Positions 11,273 to 24,100 are shown, numbered from the stretch's first letter. The stretch is 64,000 bases of DNA from a virus (IMGVR_UViG_3300021400_000262:32001-96000), one strand, 5' to 3'. Made by a program: numbers and translations. The notes: generated by a model not told the origin, from the letters alone.

Positions 11273-12229
11273 ATGTTTAAAGACTTTTTAAATAGCCATA
11301 TTCCTGCAGCTTATAAGTCTCAGGCTGGCTATGTAGAGTTTGGATATGGTCAGGTTGAGCCAAACCACCTTTCTGCTCAAAGAACAGGTCAAATCTATGC
11401 TCAGTTACCTGCCGCACCAAGCATCACAATGCTTGAACAAGGTCAGTTTGTTAAATATGATTATGCCGCTAATAGTAATGGTATTGGCGAAGTTAATTTC
11501 ACTGGCAAGGGCGAATGGATGCTTGTATATAATGAAATTAAATTATACCGCGATCATCCCGATGGAACAAAGCAATGGGATTGCGAATTTGTTATGTTAA
11601 AGGATGATTATCAGGCTCGTGTTTATACACCTTATGACTGGGAACTTCCAGAAGTTGAATATCATAATGGTCTTCGTTTAAATGGCGTTGATGAATTTGG
11701 AAAGACTTCTAAAACTATTACTCATGCAGTTACTCTTAATGCTGATATGAAAACTGTTGATATTGCTGGAGTTCGTTATGCTGTTGAAGCTAGTGAGCCA
11801 AATGCGAATGGTGTTGTAACCTATACTCTTCATTATGGTAATAAAGATTATACTTCTACAACTGGAACTTTCGAGAATATTCCTGTTGAATATACATATG
11901 ATGATGTAACTAAGGATGTTCCGGATATTTATGAATGGAATTTCACAAATGATCCTTGGAAGAAACTTGGTACTTATAAGGAAAAGATGATGAGACCTGG
12001 TACTGCTATGGTTCCTCGCGTCTTTAAGACTAATGTTGGTGATATTTTCACTACTAATACAATTAAAGATACTACTGTAACTGTTGGAAACATTCTTGTT
12101 CCTGGCACTACAAATGGTATCCTTGAAGTTAAAGCTGAACCCGTTGCCACTGATATGCAATGGCAAGTTGTCAAGGTATATACTATGCCTGATGGACAAA
12201 AGGGTGCTAAGATTATGAGAATTGCGTAA
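11273..12229 (+). CDS. capsid-associated (decoration/minor head) protein, 318 aa
   Basis: TAG-free ORF between scaffold and major capsid; strong SD. Confidence 0.65.
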   Translation: MFKDFLNSHIPAAYKSQAGYVEFGYGQVEPNHLSAQRTGQIYAQLPAAPSITMLEQGQFVKYDYAANSNGIGEVNFTGKGEWMLVYNEIKLYRDHPDGTKQWDCEFVMLKDDYQARVYTPYDWELPEVEYHNGLRLNGVDEFGKTSKTITHAVTLNADMKTVDIAGVRYAVEASEPNANGVVTYTLHYGNKDYTSTTGTFENIPVEYTYDDVTKDVPDIYEWNFTNDPWKKLGTYKEKMMRPGTAMVPRVFKTNVGDIFTTNTIKDTTVTVGNILVPGTTNGILEVKAEPVATDMQWQVVKVYTMPDGQKGAKIMRIA

Positions 12230-12248
12230 GAAAGGGGGATAAAAGAGA

Positions 12249-13361
12249 ATGTTAGATAGAACTAATTTAGTTGCTTTAATGAAGCAAGTAGCAAAAGCAG
12301 ATCCAGCAGCTCCTATTTCTTATAGCTTTAGTGGTCAAAATCTTAGCTATGAAGCTATGCAAGAGACTCTTCGTAAAGAGTTAAATGAACTTGCTGGAAC
12401 CTATGCTCTTTATAGAGAGAATAAAAATCTTATTTTCTCTATGATTGAAGAAACAATGGATGAAATTCTTCCTAAAAAGGTGACTCAGCAGTATGAGCAA
12501 TTTGCTGAAGTTAAGACTTTTGCACAAGGTGATAAGCCTGTATTCCGCAGACCTCTTAATACTAGAGCAAGAGCTAAACAGTTTATTACTCGTGTTGGTC
12601 TTGCTGGTATGTATGAAGTATTTAAGCTTGGTCCTGCTGAGAAAGAAAGCTTTGAAGTTCGTACAAGCGCAATCGGAGGCGCTGCTCAAATTGGATTCGA
12701 AGAGTTCCTTGATGGTCGTGTTGACTTCGCTGAACTTACTAGAATTATCATGGAAGGTATGGATGAATTAATTTATAAAGAAGTTGCTCATGCATTAAAG
12801 GCTTCTGTTAATCAACTTCCTCCTGCTAATAGAGTCGTTTCTAATGGTTTTGACGAAAAAGCTTTTGATAGATTAATTACTATTGCCGCAGCTTATGGCA
12901 CTCCAGTTATTTATTGCACTTATGAATTTGCTGTAAATATGATTCCTAATGAAGCTTGGAGATACACTGAAGATATGAAGACCGAGCTTTGGAACACTGG
13001 TCGCCTTGCTAATTATAAAGGAAAGCAAGTTATTATCCTTGATCAGGGATTTGAAGATGAGACCAATACTCGTAAGGTAATTGATCCTGGTTATGCTTGG
13101 ATTATTCCTACTGGTGCTGATGGTAAGCCTGTAAAGATTGCTTTCGAGGGTGGCACTATTGTTGATGAATTCAATAATTATGATCGTTCTAGAGAGATTC
13201 AGGTTTATAAAAAGGTTGGCGTTGTTTGCATGCTTGCTAATAATGTTTGTTGCTATGTTGACACCGCTCTTCTTGGTCAGATGCTTACTTGGAATCTTGA
13301 TGGTATTACTGGTAAGGTTGCTACTTATGATGGCCGCCCAAGTGGTACACTGGGAAACTAA
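12249..13361 (+). CDS. major capsid protein, 370 aa
   Basis: size, position, TAG-free and strongly biased codon usage. Confidence 0.8.
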   Translation: MLDRTNLVALMKQVAKADPAAPISYSFSGQNLSYEAMQETLRKELNELAGTYALYRENKNLIFSMIEETMDEILPKKVTQQYEQFAEVKTFAQGDKPVFRRPLNTRARAKQFITRVGLAGMYEVFKLGPAEKESFEVRTSAIGGAAQIGFEEFLDGRVDFAELTRIIMEGMDELIYKEVAHALKASVNQLPPANRVVSNGFDEKAFDRLITIAAAYGTPVIYCTYEFAVNMIPNEAWRYTEDMKTELWNTGRLANYKGKQVIILDQGFEDETNTRKVIDPGYAWIIPTGADGKPVKIAFEGGTIVDEFNNYDRSREIQVYKKVGVVCMLANNVCCYVDTALLGQMLTWNLDGITGKVATYDGRPSGTLGN

Positions 13362-13768
13362 TTGAAGTAACAGTAGCTAAATTAGCGGCTGCCCCTAATG
13401 ACGAAAATAAAGAGGCATCTTAGGCAAATTAGGAAGCTGTTACAATCACCAAAATAGGCAGTAATATTATTATAACTGGTGATTTAGATACTTTAAATAC
13501 TTTTAATTCAACAAATCCTTCTCAAGGTGAACATAAATGGGTTGGAATTGATATCGACACTGGATTAGATTCTATAGTTGGAGCAACTTGGAATGGATAT
13601 CCTTTAACACAAGATGATGTTGATGAAGCTGCATCAGTTGGACTTGGCGCAGGACATATTATTTTCTGGGCTAAAGCTGATGTAATTGCTACAACTCCTG
13701 CTAATATTACCATTGGTAAAGAAGGTTGCGAAGATATTGTATTAACAGTATCTTTTGAAAATGTTTAA
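13352..13768 (+). CDS. -1 frameshift C-terminal extension of the major capsid protein (136 aa, beta-rich)
   Basis: G GGA AAC heptamer at 13352-13358 directly before TAA; -1 frame open to TAA 13768 with no start or SD of its own; two TAGs. Confidence 0.7.
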
Positions 13769-13786
13769 TAAATAAAATTTTTCTTG

Positions 13787-13830
13787 ATAAGGGGAAGGGG
13801 GAATTCCCCTTCCCCTTATTTTTATTTTTT
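13787..13830 (+). terminator. intrinsic terminator of the capsid operon
   Basis: ATAAGGGGAAGGGG/CCCCTTCCCCTTAT stem plus T tract, located after the extension ORF. Confidence 0.85.
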
Positions 13831-13849
13831 GAGATAAAGGAGATAGTAT

Positions 13850-14422
13850 ATGTTAAATAAAGCAGAGATGTGTAAGGTAAAAAATAGAAGCACTAGTGTG
13901 GTGGTTTATAAAATTCCAGAAACTAATCTTCGCAGAGAATTTGCTCCTGGTGAAACAAAAAGAATTCCATCCGATGAGTTTGAAAAATTAACTTATCAAC
14001 CGGGTGGAAAAGAACTTCTTGCAAATTTTCTTCAAATTGAAGATGAAGAAATTACTACGGAATTGAATATTCCTAGAGAGCCAGAATATGATATGTCTGA
14101 AGATCAAATTAGAGATTTGCTTTTAACTGGTTCTTTAAATGCTTTTCTTGATGCATTAGATTTTGCTCCTCTTGGAGTTATTGATTTAATTAAGTCTTTA
14201 GCTGTATCATTACCTTTAACAGACTATAATAAGAGACAGGCACTTAAAGAGAAAACTGGTTTTGATATTGATAAAGCTCTTATGCATATTGAAGAAGAAA
14301 AGGCTGAAGAAAATGTACCTGCGGCAGCGCCTCAGCGAAGAGTTCAGCCCGTTAAAGAGAACGCAGAACCGGCTCGCCGCACCACTCCTAAATATAAAGT
14401 GACAAGTAAGACAGAAAATTAA
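13850..14422 (+). CDS. conserved hypothetical head-region protein, 190 aa
   Basis: TAG-free ORF, AAGGAG site. Confidence 0.75.
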   Translation: MLNKAEMCKVKNRSTSVVVYKIPETNLRREFAPGETKRIPSDEFEKLTYQPGGKELLANFLQIEDEEITTELNIPREPEYDMSEDQIRDLLLTGSLNAFLDALDFAPLGVIDLIKSLAVSLPLTDYNKRQALKEKTGFDIDKALMHIEEEKAEENVPAAAPQRRVQPVKENAEPARRTTPKYKVTSKTEN

Positions 14423-14433
14423 AAGGAGTTATA

Positions 14434-15096
14434 ATGGCTGAAACATATATTACAGACGAAGAACAAATTACTGCGACTGGAACTATGTTTGCGACTATAT
14501 ATAACCGTTTTCTTGGTAAAATTACTGATGATATGTATATGGAATTAACTCCAGAAGATACCATTAAAGATTTATAGAATCTCTTGGTTGATGCTATACC
14601 TGGCTTTGAATTTCCTCGGGTTAATTTATTTGATTACCAATTAAAGACCGAGATTATTAATGAAGCTGATGCGCAGCCTGGAGATTTTATTTTAGCTGTT
14701 CTTTGGGGTGAATTACCGGAAGATGGGGAATAGGAATCTCCAAAAGTCCTTGTTGAGAGATCTGCTTTTTATGCAGAATTGACGACAGAAGAAGTCAATA
14801 TCCTAGCATTATTAATGAAATAGGCTTGGATTGAACGTCAAGTAGCTTCTATTGAAAACATCAGAATGAAATATTCTGGTCCTGACTTTAAAATGACTTC
14901 ACAAGCGAATCATTTATAGAAGTTACTATCTCTATTGTCTGAAGCACAGCGAGAGTCTTTCCATATGCAAAGATTGTATAAACGTAGAAAAATATCTAAG
15001 AAAGATGGCAGATATAAATCTAATTGGACAGTGTTAAGGTAGCATAGTACATTGCGGCCTCCTGTTACTTTTTATAGTGAGGAGGATAATTGGTAA
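14434..15096 (+). CDS. putative head-tail adaptor, 220 aa, TAG-recoded
   Basis: AAGGAG plus ATG 14434, open to TAA 15096 with TAG as Gln; function from synteny. Confidence 0.6.
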
Positions 15097-15401
15097 TGTA
15101 TTCAGATCGTTTTAATATTCATTTTCCAAAAGAAGTTATCTCACAAGATATCTAGCGTTTATCTAATTAGATATGGAAATGCATTCCAATGCGTGAAAAT
15201 AATGAGGACTGGAAAAAACAATTAGATACAGTCGAGTTAGAAATTGTTGGATTAAATGAAATTTTTATGTCTCAACATTTTCTTCAATTATTAAGTAAAT
15301 TAGAGGGATTGCGAATACAAGAAACGAGCTTTGAGTTTTATAGAAAAACTATCTTTGAAAGTTTAAGTCTATTATAGGAGCTAAATCTCAATGACGGATA
15401 A
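15096..15401 (+). CDS. hypothetical protein, 101 aa, TAG-recoded
   Basis: TAATG overlap, GGAGG site, extends track ORF 15189. Confidence 0.65.
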
Positions 15402-16650
15402 TAAGTCAAAAAAGGATTATCGCAATACCTCTTTATTTTTATTAGGAAAAAGACTAGGATTAAACTATAATTCTTTTGATAAAGAGTCTAAACAAGATGT
15501 TAGAAATGATAATCTTGGAGTTTTTGGCGCTAGAGTTGGATTGAATTATTAGTAGAATCTTAGTAATGCTGAAGATTCTGAATCAACAATAGATTCTATT
15601 GTTGATCCTAATGTAACTGGCGTTAATAACCAAAGAGCCATTTTAGGCTACAATGGGGGAACGTCATAGCAAGATCGCATGATATTTGATAAAAGGAGAA
15701 CTTTAGATAGAGTTTTAAAATATTCTTATCAATCTACACCTATACGAAAAGTATAGTGTGATGATGATTTAGATAATACTTTGTATCCAAATATTCATGC
15801 TTTAGATGAGCATCCTTTTTGTTGGGCTTTAATAAATCCTGACAAAAATAAAATGAATTATGATGATAAAATAATATCTGTACATTATGAGGAAAATTAT
15901 CATCCAGGAGATGTGTTTGAGTGGATAGGTACTAATACTTATTGGTTAATTTATTTATAGGATCTTGACGAAAAAGCGTATTTCCGTGGAGAAATAAGAA
16001 GATGTTCTTATTAGATTACTTGGGAAGATGAAAATGGCTAGCATACAAGTTATGCTGCGATAAGAGGTCCTGTAGAGACAAAAATTGATTATATTTAGAA
16101 ACATTAGATTTCTGTTGATAATCCAAATCATAGTTTAAATATTTTAATGCCAAGAACCAAAGATACTGTTTCTTATTTTTAGAGATATAGTAAATTTTAT
16201 TTACAAGATGAAACTGAAGGAGCGCCATTGATTTGTTGGCGTGTTGAAGCGGTTGATTGGATTTCTACTCCAGGCATATTGGAAATAAATGCTACAGAAT
16301 ATTATTCCAATAAAGATGAAGATGATTTAGAGAATAAGATTGCGGGCGCGCTGATTGCGGCGCCGATTGATCCCAACCCTGAACCCGATGAGGACCAGCC
16401 GCAAATAACAGGAGATACTTTTATAAAACCAAAAGTTGTATATGAGTATCGTTATGAAGGGGCTGAAGGTGATTCTTACTCTTGGAAAATAGATGTTAAG
16501 AATAATAATACACCAGAATTAATCTCTATGAGAGTAAATCCAAATGATCCTTATCATATAAAGTTAATTTGGAATTCATCTTTTAGTGGATAGTTTATTT
16601 TATCCTATGGTCCAACGACTAAAACTATTGTTGTTGAATCGTTGTTTTAA
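15391..16650 (+). CDS. putative neck/head-closure protein, 419 aa, TAG-recoded
   Basis: AGGAG plus ATG 15391, same frame as track ORF 16228, ends TAA 16650; synteny. Confidence 0.6.
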
Positions 16651-16678
16651 TATAGATTGGTGATAAAGGAGATAAAAA

Positions 16679-17263
16679 ATGATTATTGATAAGACTTTAA
16701 AACCAAAGTCAGCTTTTCTCTCTGTAGAAAAGGATATGGGAATTATCATTAATAAGCTTCTGCAAAGTGATAGATTAAAAAGATTATTATATTATACCAC
16801 TCCAGATGCTATTGAAAAACAAAATCTAACTTCTGCTCAAGCAGCTGAGTTAATTAATAAGAATATAAAAAATGTACCTAAACTTTATGTTGATAATAGT
16901 GTACTAAATTATATAATTATTAATTTTGATAATTTTACTTCAAATAGAACAAATCCAGAATTTAGAGATAATATTATTGAATTTGATATTATTTGTCATT
17001 TTGATTAGTGGCAACTTAATGATTTTAAATTAAGACCATATAGGATTGCCGCAGAAATTGACTCTCTTTTGGATGACACTCATTTAACAGGTATTGGTAA
17101 ATTAGAATTTCTTGGTGCAAATCAAATTATTCTTACTGATGAATATGCTGGTTTATGTTTAATGTATCAAGCTATTCATGGTGAAGAAGATAAGAAGTTT
17201 ATGCCAAATCCTGCTGACGAAGAAAAGTTTATCGAAGATTATAAAAATAGTTTTGGAGGATAA
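16679..17263 (+). CDS. putative tail completion/terminator protein, 194 aa, TAG-recoded
   Basis: track ORFs 16679 and 17069 joined at one TAG; position before the tail tube. Confidence 0.6.
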
Positions 17264-17267
17264 ATAA

Positions 17268-17993
17268 ATGGATATCCAACTAGCGTTAATGACTGGCATT
17301 GATATACCAATTCCATAGTGCTAGTTAGTTATTCATTAGCCTCGAATAAGAGATATTTCTTTTATTGGAAATGAGGAATTTTTTAAAGGTGTATAGTGTC
17401 TTTCTTTAAATAAATCTATGTTTGCAAAGGACAAAACTGATTTAGACAAAGTAAGTAATTTTCAAATATTTATGACAATAATGAGCGAAAAGGAAACAGC
17501 TGATAAAAAAGAAGCTGTAAAGCAATTATTGCTACTTACTTTTCCAGATTATAAGGTATCTTTTACACCTAGATCATTAATTTTTTTAGGCAAAGATAAT
17601 CAATCAATATCTATTGATGAAACTAACTTTGATTTTTTGCAAGAGATGGTAAGAATTATATTTTGTTCAAAAAATGGGCCAATGGATTAGCAAACATTTA
17701 ATCCAAGTGGAGAAAAAGCTAAAGAAATTGCTCAAAAATTAATGCGTGGTCGTGAAAGAGTTGCAGAATAGAAAGGTTCTGCAATATCAGACGTATTTGG
17801 ATAGTATATGTCTGTTTTATCTGTGGGTTTGCATATACCTTTAACAGTATTTAATGATTATACAATGTATTAGTTATATGATGAAATGGACAGATTTGCT
17901 TTATACGTTAATTGGGATATAGATATTCGATCCAGATTGGCTGGCGGCAAGCCCGATTCCGAGCCAGAGAATTGGATGAAAAATATCCATTAA
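17268..17993 (+). CDS. hypothetical tail-region protein, 241 aa, TAG-recoded
   Basis: GGAGG plus ATG 17268, contains track ORF 17418, ends TAA 17993. Confidence 0.65.
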
Positions 17994-18016
17994 AATATCA
18001 AGGAGGAATATACACT

Positions 18017-19030
18017 ATGAAATTTGGTGTTCGCGAGATTTGTGATGTTGTTTTAAAAGCAAAAGCAACTCAGAAAGTCGGTAAAAAGATTTTTTACAAA
18101 AATGAACCAGTCATTTATTTTGATACACTAAAGACTTCTAGTTTAGAGGGTGCCGCCACTCAAGTATATGCTACTGGTGGACGCGGTAATGCTCGTCTTA
18201 TTTCTTGGGAAGGTGAACGTACAGTAACCTTCACAATGGAAGATGCATTAATCTCTCCAGAAGGATTTATGATTCTATCTGGTGCTGGACTTATTGAAGC
18301 TTCTGCAAACAATACTATTAAGCAACATCTTACTGAAAGAGTTGACCAGTCTAAGGTTATTGTTGATAACGAGGCTGCTCCAACAAAGTTTACTATTAGA
18401 GTAAGTGAAAAGCCTTATCTTCCAGATGGAAAAGGTGATAACTTTGCTTATGTAATGTTTGTTAAAAATGATGAAATTGTTTCTGAGCCTTATATTCCTG
18501 TTCATTATGAGTCTCAGGATGAAATTCTTCGTAAGACTGATGAAGATGGTGCTAGCTATTATGAGATTGTAATTGAGCCTCATGATGACTATTATACTCA
18601 AGCAGTTGATGAGCAAGAAGCTGGATATATTTTAGCTAATGTTTATGGTAAGTATGATTATGATAGTGTAATTGTTGACTATTATACTGAAAGAGCTGCG
18701 GCTGCTCAACAGATTGAAATTACTGCTGATAAATTTGGTGGTAACTATTATCTTGAAGCTTCTACTTTATTCCGTGATCAAAACGGCGTAGATATGCCTG
18801 CAGAGTTTATTATTCCTAACTGCAAGATTCAGTCTAATTTCACATTTACTATGGCTTCTACTGGTGATCCAAGTACATTCACATTTACTATGGATGCATT
18901 CCCAGATTATACAAGATTTGACCATAGTAAGAAAGTTCTTGCTGCAATTCAAATTATTGAAGAGGGTGGAAGTATGGATCTTCACAGACTCCAGACCGCA
19001 CACACTCCAGAGCATGAACTTACATTCTGA
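18017..19030 (+). CDS. major tail (tube) protein, 337 aa
   Basis: AGGAGG plus ATG 18017; ATGGRGN..LISWEGER..TFTMEDA and C-terminal GDPSTFTFTMDA; TAG-free; TGA stop. Confidence 0.75.
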   Translation: MKFGVREICDVVLKAKATQKVGKKIFYKNEPVIYFDTLKTSSLEGAATQVYATGGRGNARLISWEGERTVTFTMEDALISPEGFMILSGAGLIEASANNTIKQHLTERVDQSKVIVDNEAAPTKFTIRVSEKPYLPDGKGDNFAYVMFVKNDEIVSEPYIPVHYESQDEILRKTDEDGASYYEIVIEPHDDYYTQAVDEQEAGYILANVYGKYDYDSVIVDYYTERAAAAQQIEITADKFGGNYYLEASTLFRDQNGVDMPAEFIIPNCKIQSNFTFTMASTGDPSTFTFTMDAFPDYTRFDHSKKVLAAIQIIEEGGSMDLHRLQTAHTPEHELTF

Positions 19031-19051
19031 TTTAAAACAATGTAATTTTAA

Positions 19052-19086
19052 AGGGGGAAGACAATTAATTGTCTTCCCCTTATTTT
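19052..19086 (+). terminator. intrinsic terminator
   Basis: GGGGAAGACAA/TTGTCTTCCCC stem plus T-rich tail. Confidence 0.8.
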
Positions 19087-19105
19087 GCGTTAAAGGAGAA
19101 AATAT

Positions 19106-20401
19106 ATGACACCAGGAAGTGTTTTTAAAAGAAATATTTTAGATCCATATCCAAAAACAAAACCATTCTGGGAACCATATGCTGAATTAAATAAGGTTAC
19201 AATTCCAGATTTAGCTGCAATAAAAAAATATTAGTTATCAAAAATTGAAATGTTTGAATAGGCTTCATTAGAAGGTTTAAAGAAAAAATCTGATCGAATT
19301 AATAAATTATTTTTATCTGGAGATATTAATAGTTTAAAAAATGAAAAAGGGCAGTTAAATGATAAAACAATAGATAAAGTCATTAATGATATTGTGGGTC
19401 GTTTTAATAGTATGCGTTTTGTTGGATATGATAAAGAAAAACATGAATATAATTATTAGTATATGTCAGATTTTGCAAAATAGTTGATAGAACATATTAA
19501 TAATATTAATAGTGTTTTAAGTTCTGATAATATGATTCCATCTTCTTATATAGATAAATTAAATTCTTTAATAGACAGTTGTAAAATGGGATCTTTAGGT
19601 GTTCCTGCAATTAGAGAATGGATGTCGCAATTATCTAATTTTTAGGGAGCTTTAATTGAAGATTTAGCTGTATAGTGGTTAAGAGAAAGTGATATTCCAG
19701 AAGATGTTACTGTATTAAATACTGGTTCTGTTAGATTGTCTGGAACTAATAGAAAAAATAGACATAATGGTTAGTTAATTCAAGATTTAATGATGTTATA
19801 GATTGATTCAGATGATTTATATGATATAGAAGTGAGATATAAACCTGCCGGTGGAGAAAAATATATTACTTCAACATTAGGATAGTTATTAAAAGATATT
19901 GAAAAAGCAAATGGAACTTCTAAATAGATTGCCATTGATGATGATACTTATGATGTAATTTAGAGTTTGTCTGTTATGAATATTTAGGCAAAATCTGGTA
20001 AAAAATAGTTACCATGGAATAAAAATGCTAGTACTAGTGTTTCTATTGCGGAATTTCAAGATGATGATTTGGTTCTATCAGCACGAAGAACTTTTGAATT
20101 ATTACACTCTTTAGATCAAGAAGGAGGACCCGATTCCGATAATACTTGGATTCTTTCTACACATAGAAATTATAATTTATTAGCTGATTATGGTTTAGCA
20201 ACTGTATTAATAAAAGTTTTACATTTAGATGGAGCAGAAGGTAACTAGTTTTTAATTACTCCAAGTGGTTTTACTTTATATAGTACACGTTTAAGATATA
20301 TGATGTAGCAATATAAAAGTTATATTCGTATTATTGATGATATTAATATTAAAAATAGTTTGTCTAATAAATATATTATAGGTATGCAAGGACTTAAATA
20401 A
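19106..20401 (+). CDS. hypothetical protein, 431 aa, about 15 in-frame TAG (absent from the ORF track)
   Basis: AAGGAG plus ATG 19106; hand translation shows only TAG interruptions until TAA 20401. Confidence 0.7.
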
Positions 20402-20468
20402 TTTGACTTTTTTAAAAATTTTTATTATATATATAATATATATAAGTTGAGCAAAAGGAGTTTTTAAT

Positions 20469-20993
20469 ATGGCTAAAGTGACTTTTACAAAACTTGCTCT
20501 TAAAAAGAAAGAGGAAGTTAGAAATATTAAAATTAATGGTAATGATATTGAAGTAAAACAATATCTTCCAGTAAATGATAAATTAAATTTAATTGCGCGA
20601 GTTATTAGTGGAGCACATGATGAAAATAATTTTCCTAATCCAATAAAAATTGAAGTAATTGGTTCTATAGAAATTATTATGGCATATACTAATATTACTT
20701 TTACTGATAAGCAAAAAGAAGATATTGCTAAATTATATGATATTTTAGATAGTAATGAAGTAATTGATCAGGTTATTGCGGCGATTCCAGAAGATGAGTA
20801 TAATTTTTTAATTGAAGGAATTGATGAGACTGTTAATGCTGTTTATGCTTATTAGAATTCAGCTCTTGGTATTCTTGATACAATATCTCAAGATTATAGC
20901 AATTTAAATCTTGATGCTACTGAAATTCAAAAGAAACTTGCTGATAAAGATAACCTTTCTCTTGTCCGAGATGTATTAACCAAATTAGGATAA
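20469..20993 (+). CDS. putative tail assembly chaperone, 174 aa (one TAG)
   Basis: immediately upstream of the tape measure; TTGACT promoter-like element at about 20403. Confidence 0.6.
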
Positions 20994-21029
20994 TTTTATT
21001 TAAAGTTTATTTAAATAAAATAGGAGTTA

Positions 21030-21068
21030 AGCGGAGTAGAGTTTTTAACTCTACTCCGCTATTTTTTT
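21030..21068 (+). terminator. intrinsic terminator
   Basis: AGCGGAGTAGAGTT/AACTCTACTCCGCT perfect stem plus T7. Confidence 0.85.
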
Positions 21069-21121
21069 ATTTGCGCAAATAAAAAAACGATAATATGGAG
21101 AGAAAGGAGAGCAAATAAAGA

Positions 21122-24100
21122 ATGGCTAAACAACTTAATATTGATCTTAGTTTTAATGCGGATACTTCTAAAGCTAAAGCTTAGATAGCAGATTTGCAAA
21201 AAAGCTTAGATCAATTAATATCATCAACTATTAAAAATAATAATTAGCTTGGCATTGATAAAGAAATTAAACAAGCTATTGATGATGCAACCAAATTAAA
21301 AGTTGCTCTTCAAGCAGCTACTGATGCTGATACAGGAAAATTAAATTTAGCTAAATTTTCTGAAAGTTTAAAAAATAGTTAGATGTCTCTTTAGGCATAT
21401 GCATAGCACTTAAAGGCTCTTGGACCAGAAGGAGAATAGAGCTTTTTAAAATTATCTAAAGCTATTGTTTCTGCTGAGACGCCTATGAGATAGACAAACA
21501 CATTATTAAATAATATGTTTGTTACTTTAAAAAATACTGCTAAATGGCAAATTTCTTCTAGTATTTTACATGGATTATAGGCAGGATTATCAGGGGCTTT
21601 TTCTTATGCTAAAGAATTAGATACCTCTTTAAATAATATTAGAATTGTTACGGGATATGGTGTAGATGAAATGGCAAGATTTGCTGAATAGGCAAATAAA
21701 GCGGCTTAGGCATTAAGTACAACTACAACATCATATACCGATGCTGCATTAATTTATTATCAATAGGGTTTAAGTGATGAAGAAGTGCTTGGCAGAACAG
21801 AAACAACTATTAAATTAGCAAATGTTTCTCGTCAAAGTGCTGAAGAAGTTTCAGATCAATTAACTTCTATTTGGAATAACTTTTATGATGGAAGTAAAAG
21901 TCTAGAATATTATGCAGATGTAATTACTGCATTAGGTGCGGCGACCGCATCAAGTTCAGAAGAAATTTCTACTGGTCTTGAAAAATTTGCAGCTGTATCT
22001 AAAACTGTTGGTTTATCATATGAGTATGCAACTGCGGCCTTGGCTACAATTACAGCAACGACTCGTCAAAGTGCTGATACTGTTGGTACAGGTTTAAGAA
22101 CATTATTCACTCGTTTAGAAGGTTTAAAACTTGGTGAAACACTTGAAGATGGCGTTGATTTAAATAAATATTCTGCGGCATTATCAGCTGTAGGAGTATA
22201 GATTTTGGATACATCTGGTGAATTGCGTAATATGGATGATATCCTTGAAGATCTTGGCGAAAAATGGCAACAATTAGGTCGAGATCAAAAAATGGCATTG
22301 GCATAGACTGTTGGTGGTGTACGTCAATATACCAATTTAATTGCATTAATGGATAATTGGGACTTTATGCAAGAAAACTTAATTACTGCAAGAGGTTCTG
22401 AAGGTACATTACAACAATAGGCTGATATTTATGCTCAATCATGGGAAGCTGCTTAGAAGCGAGTGCGCGCAGCAGCACAATAGGTTTATAAAGATTTAAT
22501 TGATGAAAAATTTTTTATTAGATTAAGTGATTTTTTAACTGGTGCTATAAATGGAGTTGATAATTTTATAAATGCCATTGGTGGTATTCCTGGGGCAATA
22601 GCTGGGGTTGGAGTTGTTTTAACGACAGTTTTTGGAAAGCAATTATCAGAGTCTGTTAATTCTGCAATGTATGAATTTTCTAGATTTACTGGTAAAGCAG
22701 AAGATGTTGCTAATAAGACTCGTTTATAGGCAATGGATGCTGTAAATAGTTATTATGATACAACTGGAGCTTCTGGTGGAACGAATGATTCAGTAGCAAG
22801 TGCTTTATTAAGACAAGAAATAAATGATAATTATGAATTATAGAAAATTACTTCTTAGCTGACAGAAGAACAAAGGGCTTTTGCATAGGCAATATTAGAT
22901 TCAGCCGAAGCTTATGATAAATTAGCTATAGAGGCTGAAAAGACTTAGAAAGAAGCATCAAATGATTTAGGCGTTGCAAGAGGACAGTTGAGAGGTTCTT
23001 TAGGTGCTTCTGTTTCTGTATCTGGAGAAAGTGCAGCTTAGATTTCTAAAAATGGTTAGGTAATGTTAACTGATTTAGAAGAGACTTTAGCAGACTAGTT
23101 TAATGAAATGACTAATGGAGCTTATAAATTTTATACTAGTAGTTTAAAAGAAGCTGATGATGCTGCTAAAGAATTAGTTGTTGCTAAAAATGAATTAATA
23201 AATATTACTAATAAAGAGAATGTTTCTGAAGAAGAAATTAAATAGAAAAGAGAAGAAGTTGCTTAGAAAACACAAATTTTAACAGATAAAACAAAAGTTC
23301 TATAGTAGGCTAAAGATGGTTTGAAAGAAAGCGAATTAACATTATCTGGTTCTTCACAAGAGTTAATTGCTTATTTAAAAGATTAGGGATTAATGACAGA
23401 TGAAAATAAAGATAAAGTTTTAGCTTTTATTAAAGCCTTAGAAGGTTCAGAATCATCAACAGAAGAATTTATTCGTAAAACAAAAGTTGCATTTGAAAAT
23501 TAGAATAGCATTCCTGATGAATTAGAAAAAATAAGAACAGGATTTCAAAATATTGGAACGGGAGCTGTAGGAAGTTTAAAAAGTATTTCTCAATTAGCTA
23601 TGGGATTTACTTCTCTCAAAGGGGCAATGGATGCTCTTAATAATACAGATTTAACATTTTTTGAGAAATTTTCTAGAGTTTCAATGGGATTATCTATTGG
23701 AATTTCGTAGCTTGCAGCTGGATTTCCAACTTTAGTAAAAGGTTTGACAGGAATCGGCATTGGAATTATGAAATTAATTCCTGCCGCAAATGGAGCTGGC
23801 GCAGCATTATCAGCAGCTTTCGGTACTGCAGTAGGACCTATTGCAATTGCAGCTGAAGCAATAATCGCTGTTGGTCTTGCTATATGGGGGTTAAAAGCTG
23901 CTTGGGAAAACTTTACTCCAGAAGGCAAATTAGCTGTTGCTGAAAAAGAAGCTAAAAATGCTAAAGATGCTTATGATAAAGCAAAAGCTGCTCTTGATAG
24001 TTTTAAATCTGGATATGATAATTGGTCTTCTTTATATGAAAAAACTTAGAAATTAAAAAAAGGAACAGATGAATATACAAATTCTATTTTAGAAGCAAAT

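Noticed and set aside
17912-18016. Longer N-terminus for the tail tube protein
   Set aside because: It overlaps the recoded upstream gene, and the AGGAGG site points to ATG 18017
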